Made by a program: the position numbers and the translations under genes. 64,000 bases of DNA, taken from NCBI GenBank assembly GCA_002633005.1, contig NMRA01000177.1:186001-250000 (forward strand), read 5' to 3'. Source of the stretch: Phoronis australis (Eukaryota > Animalia > Phoronida). Below are positions 1-12,036 of the stretch, in pieces (position 1 is the stretch's first letter; the number at the start of each line of letters is the position of its first letter). The notes under the pieces were generated by a model, which was not told the DNA's origin, ran no database searches, and saw only the letters and a program-made list of their open reading frames with translations.

Positions 1-171
1 CAATTAAATTGTGAATTTGAAAATGATGTTTGTACACATGTGACTTAAATTAATAACAAAAATGTAATCCTATTATGGTAAGGAATACAACAAGATCGCA
101 TTGATGAGAGTAAAATATCCAATTGGATTTTCCTTTTCAACCAGTTAAACAGGGACAGAACGTAGCTTTAA

Positions 172-1135
172 ACAGTACACACCATGGATTTTTGCACATT
201 TCGAATTACCGGTGGCCACAGACTAAATGTATGACGTAAAATTTAGCCAAATCCATGATTATTTTGTGTCATTAGCTCGAAATTTTGATTTCTCTTTCAA
301 TTTTGCCAATTTTCACATTTCCCGCCATGTGACATCATGGGTTGAACACAAGAGATCAGCGACTAGCATTGAACAACGGTGGAGAGTAGGGAATTTGAAA
401 GCGACAACGATTATGAGCAAGAAATGAACAAATACTATGAAGAAACATACGAGAATGGTGGCCAGGATGACGAAATGGGGTTGCACGAAAGGGAGAACGA
501 GTTTGATATGTTTTAAGCTGCGTACTCTACTACTTTGAGGCCTTACGGACTGGATCCTCCCGCGAGAGAAGCGGCCTCGGGCTCAGCCAGTCAACCCAGT
601 CATCCAACAGACGATCCTGAATAAAGAGCTGATGTTTCTGAATAGTAAATATTGTCCTTTATTGAACCAGGCCTTCATCGTAACATCTCCTCTGATTGGA
701 GTCGAAACACGACTCCTCAAAGCGGGCAGAACACAGAGTGGCTCCGGACTGAATCGCTTGGTCCACGCTGAGGTCCCACACTCTCATTTGGCGCACGAAG
801 CGATGCCACTACTGCGCAACTTTGGCGTCCTTCGGAACACCGAGACGTTCTCCGTCTGACTGCTGTTGCTGCAGCCTCCGCAAACACATCTTTTCATCCC
901 TCTACGAACCTTCTCGACGCTAAATATACTTTGCTTTCACTTCACTCTATACACTTAGTTGCTGATCCGAACAGTGTGCCGCACGACTTGGGTTCAACCC
1001 ATGACGTTGTACATAATTATTACTTTTTTCAATTTTTACGTGTTTCTTTAAGAGCTGTGCACTAAAGGCACTGAAATCAAGTAAGATATAACAATAAAAT
1101 TTATTTTGAGGTACTAGAGTCATGTTGCGTACACT
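172..1135. mobile_element. Non-autonomous, internally deleted Kolobok-like DNA transposon
   Basis: TTAA at 168-171 and 1136-1139. Imperfect termini (ACAGTACACACCATGG vs revcomp AGTGTACGCAACATGA). Subterminal inverted motif GACATCATGGGTTGAACACAAG (331-352) / CTTGGGTTCAACCCATGACGTT (987-1008). Contains a decayed THAP 5' end on minus and an acidic KolX-like 5' end on plus. Confidence 0.75.
660..897 (-). pseudogene. Decayed THAP-domain (transposase N-terminus) fragment
   Basis: Minus-strand reading from the ATG at 897: MKRCVCGGCSNSSQTENVSVF/[frameshift]PKDAKVAQ*WHRFVRQMRVW...LCSARFEESCF. This is the THAP C-x4-C...P...W..F...LCS.(H)F pattern with a frameshift, a stop and H->R. Confidence 0.75.
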
Positions 1136-2035
1136 TTAAAGTCACTGCAAAAATTATCAAATTTGCATATTTTTGAAATAACAAAGATGCAAGAAAAACG
1201 GCAACTGACAAAATGCCAATCCATTTCTTATGCTCTGCTGTGAATGGCTTAAAGTGGATATGAACTTGTTTTCTGTCACACCACCAAAACTTAAATTTAG
1301 ATCACTTACTGCTGTGAGCACGGTCTTAAAATTTTCCTCAGTCAAATTAGAGGCGATTTCTCAGTTCATTATTGCTTGAGACTGCAGATTCTACCAGTTG
1401 GTCACGGCCGGTGGTTATTTTGATGCGCCGATCAAGCTCTCAAGCAACAAAAAAATGCCAGTCTTTCCTGTGCAGAACCACGCCTCATCTGACTTAGGAA
1501 CAATTTGAGATCAGTTTTACAGCTGCGGTAAGTGATACGACACGCTTGCCCATTCAAATTTCACAAACATTCTTTGCAGGAAGATCACTCTGATAAGAGG
1601 TGGTGCACACTCGTCAAGTCAACTAGTGTCATTCAGGCAAGGGTACACAATACAAGTTGGGACCCATTACCAAAAAACGGCACTTTCAATGCGCATTTTT
1701 TCTCTATTCTTCTGTTGTATTGACTAATTTTTGCCGTTCAAACATTGAAACCGTTCAGTTTTAGAATCTGCAGTGTCTAAACTGGTCAGAAGAGAATGCA
1801 GGGGTTATCATAGGCAACTATCACTGATCCTTTTGTCCTGGAAACAAAAGAAGCTAGCCATAAAAGTCCACGCACTGTCAGGGGTAACTACCTATAGTAA
1901 ACCCAACAGGTGAACAGCATTCACACGTCTTGCATATTGGGAAGGGCCAGGTAGCGCCCAATGGTCCATGTCAACAAAGAATAAGGGTTTATAGCCATTT
2001 CCAACTGTCTGGTGCGTTCTTCCATCAGTACTTAC

Positions 2036-5000
2036 TGTGAATGTTGGGCATGGCCGACATGAGAGAGAGGAGAGCGCAGAGGACACTATTGCAAAGAAGA
2101 AATATCCTATTGAGATTGCACGCATTGTGTGTAATGTAGTTGACATGGAGGAACACACCCAAGCCAGCACTGGTCAGGAACATTGCACAAGAGACGACAT
2201 AGAGGCCTGGATCAGATGAAGAGAGATGGGATAAGCACTGACTACACAATCTACAATAAGTCTCCACTTACCGTAAATTCGTGGGTAATGCCCATGCCCA
2301 TGTAATCGCCCATCCAGACTTTTGGTCAATTTTCGGTTTAAGTGCCCACTGCTTGGGTAATTGTTCATCCCCGACTTTTTGCCAATTTTTTGGTTTAAGC
2401 ACCCACTGCATGAGTAATCGCCCACCCCGTCTCAGGGTTTCCCAATTTAAGCGCCCAGGGCATTAATCCACAAGTTTACAGTATTTTGCACAAAAATAAT
2501 TGTCATTTTTTACATTTTTCAAAGGCTGATTAGTTTACTGCAAATAACAGAAAATTTTAACCAAAAGCTTTTTAATGGCTATGCCTATGAAAAACATGTT
2601 ATGGCAACATTATACAAACGTTCAAGGCTAGAAAAGTCACATTTCAAAATTCTAACACCTAATTACGTGTATTTTTCCCAAACTATTCAAATATGCTCTA
2701 GTCAAAACGAAAACTTAAAAAAGCATTGTAGCCTCAGTGTGTTTGTGATGGGTCCAATTATCTAGAGAATGATATCATCAGAAGCCCGAGGCGATGCAAT
2801 TAACTCTAACAGCATGGAAATTTTCGTCAATCTGGCAGATTTCGAGGTATGCAAACTGGTCGAGTTGCTCAAGCTTGACTGGAAGTCCAGTGAAAGTAGT
2901 TCTTTGTGAACCCTGCTCTTAATCATACAACTGTCCCAGTTGGCCTGCCTAAGTAAATACAACTCATCAAAGTGTTCATGGTCTTGGCCAAGAAGATAAT
3001 TGTTTTATTATCCCTATGGGTTTTGAATAGCCAAGCCTGAAACGTCACATACATTGCGCCTAGTTTCGCTATGCCTAATCATACAGCTCAAGAGATAGCT
3101 GGCCAATTTGCTTTTTTGACACCTGGCCCAGCAGAATGGTGCAACTGGCACCATACTGTTTCATCCACACCCAATGCACTCAAGTGAAATACGACTGCTT
3201 TGTTTCAGGCCCAGTACTACTTTCCAGCAACAGCATCAAGTCTGAACAACACCTCAGTTGGTGATAAACCAAATGAATTAAAATTGTCAGCATTAACACA
3301 ACTTCAATACATTTCAGAAACAAGTGATTTTATCTCACCAATGCTCCAGAGACGATTGGTCTTTGATTTGGCTGTCCTAATCAATAGCAAACCTCAAGTG
3401 TTAGTCTGGTATAAGTCAAATGGGTATACATGACTTAATGTAATATATTAGCGCCACCTATTGGTAAGGTCATGTGATCTATAATCATTTCGAGTCCAAA
3501 CAATTTTCTAGACAGGCGATCATACCCTGGACTTACTGAAAGCCAGACACAGGTACTTCAGTTCACTGATCTATCAGGACCAATTCTCGAACACAGAATT
3601 CAAGCCAGTCAACCACAGAAACACAAATTAAATAGAGGACAATACCATATTTATGCGCATTTGATGTGTTCCAGCCTAAGATGGCTAAAAAGTTAAAGAA
3701 AATGTAAACGGTTCTGTTGACCATGAGTGAACCTTCCTGCTCACTCGTGTTCAAGTTTAAAGAAGACGTCATATGGTTAAGAGAAACAGGGATTATCCTT
3801 CCGTACACATATGAGTTTAAGATCATTTATCTCCGCTTCCTATCCATACATTATGGGTTGTGGCTCCACATTCAATCCATATATGGGATGGAAGTGTACT
3901 ATAGCTCCACCTTCAATCCATGTATGGGATGGAAGTGTACTATAGCTCCACCTCCCGTCCATACAGTGGATTTGGGCAAGAAAAGGCTGGCCACCCTTAC
4001 AGAACCATGGATTTGACGTTTTATATCTCTAGCACTGCTGGCCACATTCTATCTATGTACAGTAAATTAAGGGAAGTACTTCCCTGCCCAACACCCACAT
4101 AAGCAGCTAGCAAACAATGTTCTGTGAACGCTCTGTGCATAGATTATACTTTTTCGCAAAACCATTGTTGACCTCAGATTTTAACCATTTGTCACTGGCC
4201 TAGAATTGATCAGTAAAATTTCATCAATTTCGAAGAAAACTATTACTAAAAGTACATCCTTTTCACTTATGAAGGGTTTCCAATAACGAAGCAAATGTCC
4301 ACAACTCGATGAAGTACCATATAACTATTGTAGCCACCATACAGCTTGAAAATAGTAAAGCAATGATTAGGTATACATTATTGCAATGAAACGAGCAATG
4401 CACAAGGGGTTGATATGCACCCGCAGTGCACCGCAAATCATATGTTTTGGGCGGGTGCTCATCAGTTTCATGTAAGGTACAAGGAGACAACAATGTGACC
4501 ACAAGGGATAACCAAAATAGATAGAATTGACAAAAAGCGTTGTTGGTAATTACCCTTTAAAACTAACATCAAATCAAAAGTTAAAAACTATACTCTTTTC
4601 AATATTTGCAACGCATGCCAGAAAGGGACACGGTGTCTCAGACATTAGCAGGTCTAGTCTTTACTACTTCTTTTCATAAAGAACAATCATGAGGTTTGGG
4701 AGATACAAAGATAGGCACAAAATGCAATAACAGGCACAGCACTCGTTATTATAATCAGGTCAAAACCGGTAGTTGTCATCATCTCAAAAATGCCGCGGAA
4801 AAGCCACTAGGAGACGCTGCAGAAGTCAAACTTGCATGAAAACTGACTGTTACCAGTGCATTGCTCTAATACTTCTGTGTCAAGGTTTCATTGAAATTCA
4901 TCAATCATTTTAATTTCTATATATCATATGGAAACACCTTTTTCAAAAAAATCCTAAGAAAGCCCAAATGGCCTAAGAAAGACTAAAATGGCCACAAGGG

Positions 5001-7549
5001 GGTGATGCAGCAGTCAATATTGCCCACACTTGACTGGTATAGGCCACAATGCCGTCCTATCTCTGAGTCATGTTTCTTTGAAACCCGTCGTTCCGTTCCC
5101 TACATACGGCATTCAGAAAGGCTCTTCTTCCCCAAAAATTACTGTTGAAAAACCCTTTTTATGACCAAAGCAGACACTAGGGTGTGCTGCAGTGGTCAAA
5201 TCTGCCCCAAAATTGGCTCAAGTCAGTGCATTGTTTTCACACACCTCTGTGTCAAGTTTTGTTAAACTCCGTCCATAGGTTATTTAGATATGATCCGGAA
5301 ATGCTCTTCCCCAAAATAAAACACCAAAAAGCCCCACCACTCAGACCCTGGGGGGCAGGCCAGACTAAAAAGTGGCATTTACCAATTCTCGTGATGCCTT
5401 TAACACTTGAGATAACAAGTGTCCACACAGGATGACAATACACAGCTACATACATACACGTGGGTGCATAAAAACATTGTAAAATTCACCCACACGGAAA
5501 ATCCGTGTCCTACACAAGCCAGATTTCAACGTTAGAGAAACGGGAGTTTTAAGACACCAACAGTAATTTAAAGCGTACCACTTGGCATTCCACGTGTGCG
5601 CAAAGTCAACCAACAGCACCAGCTGCACAGCAATGTAGAGGACTCCACAGCTCAATCCAAAGTACATCCAAACTGGGAAAGGAAAATGCACATTTAAACA
5701 AATATTGGTAGACCTTGCTGTTGAGCAATACAAGTTCAAAAAGACCTGCATCACTTTTTCCCACAGAGGGATTTTTTTGGAAACAATCACTTCGTGAAAA
5801 TGAACGAATCTGAAAGAGCACTGCTATTTTCTGTGAATGTTTTTCTAAGTTTCAGTTCTGGAGTTCACATGTACACTGACATTATAAAATCCCTCAACAA
5901 TTATTTTCAAACAATTCCCGAAGTATTTGGCAAAAAGCAATACTGTAAATAAAGCACAGAATTTTGGCTTTTCAAATCTTCATTTATGGAACATCAGAAG
6001 CATACATAAGGAAACAAAGCATCGACTTGTTTGATTTGAATTTTAACAACTATTTATATCTAATATGCCATTTAAGAGGCAGTATTAATTTCAAACATGT
6101 CTACTTCAGCACCCAATTTTGTTGCAAAATGGAGGTACGGGTCACAACAAGAGATAGATGTAAATTCTTAAAAAGCGAAACTTATCTACATCTCACCAAA
6201 CCTGGGCGAGGATGAAAAGCTTTAAGCTTAAGTTTTGAGATTCCATACCAGTACGATAATAAACATCACAGCTGGCGTTGGCTTATAGTAAACGCTTCAC
6301 TCACCCATAACAAAGACAGTGCTCTCTGGTATGTAGAAACAGGCTGCGATTAGAGAAGCAAAAACAACCAGTTTCCAGAACCAATAACTAAAAAATGCCA
6401 AAATGAATCAGGAAATAACCAAGAACAAGAACATTGAAGCCACGGTTCACCTTGGTTAGCAAGCGAAAAACAATGATCGAATTAGGCCTTTGACTTTCAT
6501 AAAATTGGTCTCACAATCTTTTTTACTATGATACCATTCTAGTTCTGTTGCCAACCAGGACTCAAAAAAATGCTGCAGCGTTTACAAAAATGTCAAAACC
6601 ACCGGCGATATAAAAACGCCTCAGAGTTTACAGGGGTTGGCCAACACTAAAATTGCAAATTCGAAATTGGCACTACACTGGCACATGTACACATTGCCCG
6701 AGATCAGAATTGGCAGCAGAAACAGAATCTTATAACGGCAAGGAATATTACGAGACTGATTTTATGAGAGTAAAAAGCATAATTCGATTTCATTATTCGG
6801 CCAGCTAAACGCGGTTAAATGCACTTTAAAACAGTTTGGAATTGACATCAAGAAAACTTATGCCACCCTCATTTTAAATATTACAATAAATAAATAAATA
6901 ACTCAGTCCCTGTGCTGAGCTCAGTTCCTTAGTTGTCAAATCTCAAGACTGCAAGTCGAGTTTAATTTGGAATTGTTCATTTCAGACATCCATTTTGTTG
7001 AGTCTCTATTCAAAACAAATGTTGCTTTTAATTGCCTCACTTCCACACAAAACTGGCTCAAATCTGTTGACACAACGCCAATTTTCTTTTCAAATTTTCA
7101 CCTTACTTCACGTTACAAGTTCTTAAAACACCCTTGTTCAACTTACAATAACACATACAACATCTTCCCAGTTGTATTCAAGCAATTGTGACCGTGGTGG
7201 CAAATGTTTAATACCAGAGTTCACATTCATAGCAAACAACGTTGTAAGTATACACATAGTGTACCTAATCTTGCGTGTAACCAAATTCAGCATTCATGTT
7301 TAATAACATTTAGTTTACCCCTTATGTATAACCTCACAAAATGAAAGCAAACTCTACATTCGTTGTGAATTAGCATTTTAAGCTGACCCATTATGAGTTC
7401 ACCCACCACATCACTTAGCAGTCAATACCAAATTCAGCATTCATTGTGAATAACATTATAAGTTTACCCAGTATGCACCTAATCTGACCACTCAATACCT
7501 AATTATGAACAACATACGTTTACAAATAACCTCATCTCATGCATTATAG

Positions 7550-7580
<31 letters not shown>

Positions 7581-8727
7581 NCCCCCCCCCCCCCCCAATG
7601 ACAGAAGTGAGGTCAGTTTCCCTTGGCACGGCCAAATTGGATAGACAGACAGCCTTAGAACCGCATAGGTGTGCGTGTACGCAAGAGCAAGCATATATAC
7701 CACAGTGGATACAATAAGTTTACCCATTGTGTAGGCCAGCTCGCCACCCACTACTGTCGGCTATGTTCAGCGTGAGAAGCATCAGCACAAAGAAGAAGAC
7801 ACAGGCTCCTAATGTAATTCTGTAGACAGCCATGTAGCCCATCAGTCGAGTGCAGTCGGTCCCTATGGACAGCTGTGAGCAGGTCCCATTGGTGCCATTT
7901 AGCTGCAAGACAATACAAGGCTGTTGAAATGCACAGAAACCATTTTATTCATTGTGAATGCGGCGATTCATACATGGCTTAATAGTACGTATTTCAGGTG
8001 CCATTCTGGAAAAATGGATTCTCTTAAGATCACACTGGAGAGGACAGTTGAAACCTTTGGTGTTCTCAAACTTCAACCGACTCACATTCGTGCCTATATG
8101 GTTGACCATTCGACTCAGTTAAATAACTTCTCCAAGAGATGAAGTAGCAGCACATGCTATCATTACCAACTTATCAACAAACCGAACAGATTTTGACAAG
8201 TTGCTTCTCATGTACAAACCTCAGAAGTGATCCAGTCTTTAAACTGTGGAGTCAATACACATATGTTGAGTCCTATCTCCATGATTAGAAACAGTGAATA
8301 CATCAAGCGGGTTGATGTTGATTCTTTGATGGTTGGTAGGCATTGACAACACAGACCACATGTCCGAGGACCACACAAGCACCACACCTACAAAACATAA
8401 TCCAGGACCCTTGGTCATCCAACAGAAAGGTCCCTGTGTCTTCTGAGACTGGTATTTCTTGGTTGGAGGGAAAATTCCCCACCTCCAGGACGGTCACCAA
8501 ACCCTTAAACCCAAGATGGGAAAAATACCTCATACACTTCTAGTAATGAATGTCATTCTTCAATGGCTTCTTCAGGAAACTGATGTCATGAAAGATAGGA
8601 TTTTTTTAAAACATTATTATCTGATAGTAGCTATTGCACAGAGCTTGAATGTGGAAAAGACCTCAATTTGGTGTTACAGTTATTTTACTATAACCTGAGA
8701 AAAAAATAATGGGACAAAGAATGCCAT
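2036..8727 (-). CDS. SERINC: Serine incorporator (SERINC/TMS1 family, SERINC5-like), 5' part; the 3' exons lie left of the window
   Basis: Phase-consistent GT-AG exons 8727-8695, 8387-8220, 7902-7724, 6387-6305, 5672-5579, 3376-3339, 2206-2036. They give MAFFVPLFFSQVWCLCGPRTCGLCCQCLPTIKESTSTRLMY...GYMAVYRIT...WRAGLHNGYWFWK...YIAVQLVLLVDFAHTWNAKW...ACNLNRIFLLCNSVLCALLSLMSAMP, which contains the hallmark SERINC motifs. A possible in-frame upstream start lies at 8900 (exon 8900-8882 joined to 8735). No further exon was found between 1 and 2035. Confidence 0.9.
2271..2481. mobile_element. MITE with TA flanks (Tc1/mariner/pogo-like termini)
   Basis: ta|CCGTAAATTCGTGGGTAATGCCC ... GGGCATTAATCCACAAGTTTACAG|ta inverted termini, with internal repeats of TAA(T/G)(C/T)GCCCA. 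Confidence 0.65.
3863..3952. repeat. 41-bp tandem duplication
   Basis: CTCCAC(A/C)TTCAATCCAT(A/G)TATGGGATGGAAGTGTACTATAG present twice plus a partial third copy. Confidence 0.8.
7550..7596. repeat. Poly-C tract containing an N
   Basis: About 46 C with an n at 7581; the length is probably unresolved in the assembly. Confidence 0.9.
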
Positions 8728-9927
8728 AATGCAATCTACCAGGGTTATTCCTGGACAGTGCCCTTGTGTCAGTAGCACATAAAAATAAAAAGGCGCAAGT
8801 TCATTGCAGCAATGTGCCCCCGGGCCCATCTTTTAAAACGCAACGCAATCTTCCTAAAATGCAAGACTCTAGTCAACTTACAGCCAGTCGGGTAAAACAT
8901 GGCTTCTTATTTTGATTGCCCTTGGGGTTTCTGTTTCATATGTTACCACTTCGATTACTTTAAGGTGCACTTTTTATCATCAGGTGCACCTAAAGGGCAC
9001 AGGTTCAACGACAATAAGTTAAATATAACAAGGTTTGCGAGTGTTTATTGACAAACAAGTCCAATCGACAGAAACTGAAAGCCAAGACGGTTTCTGGGAA
9101 AAAAACCTTAACGAACCCAGCAGCGCAAACCTCGTCAGGAATATTCCTTCTCTAGTGTCAAGTTTGTTTTCGACTTCATGCTTCCAATTTGGCCAAAAAT
9201 GAACATTAAAAAATGTCTACTTGAAAACAAAAATAGCCAACGGGGGTGTCCTGGTTGTCGAATCTGTCTGAAAATCGACTGGTACCGGCGCAAACTCACC
9301 CAAGGTAGCAACTGCGGGCCAGATGGTAGAACCGGTGGCACAGCGGCTGTGAAAGGGTGAAGTTGGTGGTCAGGGAGGCTTTTAACTTCAATGCAGAAGT
9401 CACAGTGCACCAGAAAACACAACCATGCATCCTTCAACAAGTTGAGCAAAGGCCAGCCAGAATTTAGCTAGATGTACACAATTAAGGGCAAGTCACAGCT
9501 AGGGATCCATGTGGGCAAAAAACGACAAAGCCAAGCAAAACTTGCATTTTCTATCCACGAAACTCAATTTGCTGTGGTCTCGAAACAAAATTTATGCTAA
9601 AATGTGTAGCGCCTAACCACCTAGCTATAGTTTTTTGTAACTACGACTTTCAACAGACAGCTACCTTGTCCGTTATGACCATTTACAAAACAAACATGCT
9701 GTTTTTTCCAACAAAGAAAAGTCTATAGTTGAGTTCAAAACAACAGCACCCATGAGCCATTTGCTCATTTTTGCAACCTCTTTTGGCGGAAGGCAACAAC
9801 TTTTGAAGAAGCAAAATGTGCTCAGAAATCAGGTGGGTATTTTTTCAGATAATTAGTCATTTTGCCTGTTCTTCAATTCAAATATTTCACTTTTTATTTG
9901 CACTTGTGTCATTTATATAGGGGCCAG

Positions 9928-11021
9928 TGGCCGGTTGCACGTTCACAGTCCCAAGTAGGGACTCAACTAAAGTCCTTTCGACTTTTTGCGTATTTTTGAC
10001 TTCATGAACTCACAGATGCAATATTTTCTATCATTTCATCCTTATTATGAGCTCCTCTTTAATTAATGACATCTAATAATATAACTAAAAGTGAATAGGG
10101 ACTCGGTCCTTAAATTGGGGGTGTTGCACATGCGGTGAATAATACGCTTACATGAAAGTCACGCATTTTTAAAGAGATGCGTGACTTTTCACCGCTCGTC
10201 CTTCTGGGCGGCTTTTACCAGGATCAAAGAGAGCGCGGCGCCAGAGTCGCACTCAGTTGCGATGACTGCATTGTCCGGTGCGAGCAAGATCCCATTAAGT
10301 GTAATTACCCGATCATAAACTGTATGCATTAAGCAACAGTTTTCATTAAAAACAAATACCACAGCTGTATTCAGATGGAAAAAACAACCAAGTTTGGTTT
10401 TCGATTTTTAAAAATCGATGAACTATTAAGCTAAAAACTACGAACATTGGGAACGATTGAAGATAAACAACTATGAAATATATTTAAAACCAACGTTCCG
10501 TTGGGATCGAAGTGGTCCTTTGTCAAGATCACCGCAAATTAACTTTTAGTCTTTTTGTAATATTTAAAATGTACCTAGTTAAATTACTCTCCACATTGCA
10601 GGCTTTAACTCTGTGCAAATGCCAGAGAAAACCAATTTGGGTTTAATATCTACCACCATTGTTAAGAAAGTAGTGCTAGCTATTACATTCTACTTCATTA
10701 GCTCAGATCTACATCAATACAAAGGGCATGTTGAATAGTCATGGTAAAAGTTGTCAGGGGCTTGGGGAACCAGAGCGGTAACCAGTGTAAGCGAAAAATT
10801 CTCCACGTGATGAAAAGATCCCTAATTATTTTCGATAATATTGACAATATTCAATGTAGAGTTCACCCTCTATTTGTATCAAAGTCAACAGTTGTCTTAG
10901 TAAAGAAACTAAAACAATACAAGAAAAAGCAATCAATGTTTTCACAAGTTCAAAAATTAGACAGTAGATTTAGGGAACTTAGTTGAGTCCCTGTTTGGGA
11001 CTGTTTCATGCAACCAGGCAC
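9928..11021. mobile_element. PIF/Harbinger-like non-autonomous element
   Basis: About 45-bp TIRs: GGCCGGTTGCACGTTCACAGTCCCAAGTAGGGACTCAACTAA vs revcomp GCCTGGTTGCATGAAACAGTCCCAAACAGGGACTCAACTAA. The same terminal family occurs at 30936-31362. Confidence 0.65.
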
Positions 11022-12036
11022 AAGACTTTAATTCGAACCCACCCATATGAGATTTCCTCAGTAGTGATCACATTTACCATTATGGTTTCAAAGTAAAAAG
11101 AAAACAATTTAATAAGTATGTCAATTAACAACCAACATCGAGTGATTTTAATTCTAGCCGTCTTTGAGTTTTTAAAATCAATATATTACAAGAGAAATTA
11201 GCAATAGGTTTTCTTCAGTATCCTTTTAACCGTGACAGTCTTAAAGTCCCCCAAAAATGAGCCAACTGCCTTTAGACATGTTACATATATGTATCACTGA
11301 TCAACACAAACATATCCTCTGTTCTTTTACTCTTAACTTCAACTAATTATGCTAATAGCTATCATGCAACCCCATCAGAAGCCCCATTTAGCGCCTAAAA
11401 AAACTTAAGGTGGCGCTCGCACTAATCGAGACAAATGACATCATCGTTGAGAACCGAGATGCACAGTCCGTTGCCACAGGACACTTACCCTACGGTGACT
11501 GGTACAGATTTCAAATCGCACAGAAAACTGACCTTGTGGTGACGAGTGCAGACTTCAAATACCAGGACTTCAAAAATTACATTTATTTAAGTCAACAAAG
11601 TTAAAATACCATACGACACATATCTTGACACGTCCAAATGCGTGCAATACCCTATTAGTCGTCATGCCACGATAGCCTAGCGTCGCCCAAGTCAGTAGTG
11701 CGGTCTGAGTGGGGACCTTACTCATACCAACATCAAACGGTTATTCACAAAGACATCAGGGTCTAATGAACCAATTAAAGTACATTGTCCCTGCATGCGG
11801 TGCGTCACTGGTTAGCGGTGAATGGAGAGTATTGAAACCACGGCGACTAACTGGCGGAATGCGTGTACTAGAGAACTAATCTGTTTGTAGTCGCTCCGTG
11901 ACAATTACGGGATTATGTCGGGGCGTGAGTCGGCGTTACACATCTTACGAAGCGAAAGGCTCACGCGCAGCATGAGAAAACCAAAGAATGGGCCGAGACT
12001 TTTCGCACTTGGGTTAGAAAAGCATATTACCTTGCC

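Noticed and set aside
3563-4502. Hydrophobic minus-strand ORFs as extra SERINC exons
   Set aside because: The 38-nt exon at 3376-3339 already joins the flanking exons in phase with the expected W...W spacing; these ORFs lack SERINC motifs.
7550-7596. Functional G-quadruplex element
   Set aside because: It is a homopolymer with an N, so its length is unreliable and nothing else supports a function.
9085-9145. Hammerhead-like CTGACGA...GAAA on the minus strand
   Set aside because: Stem II does not close next to the core, so the geometry does not fit.
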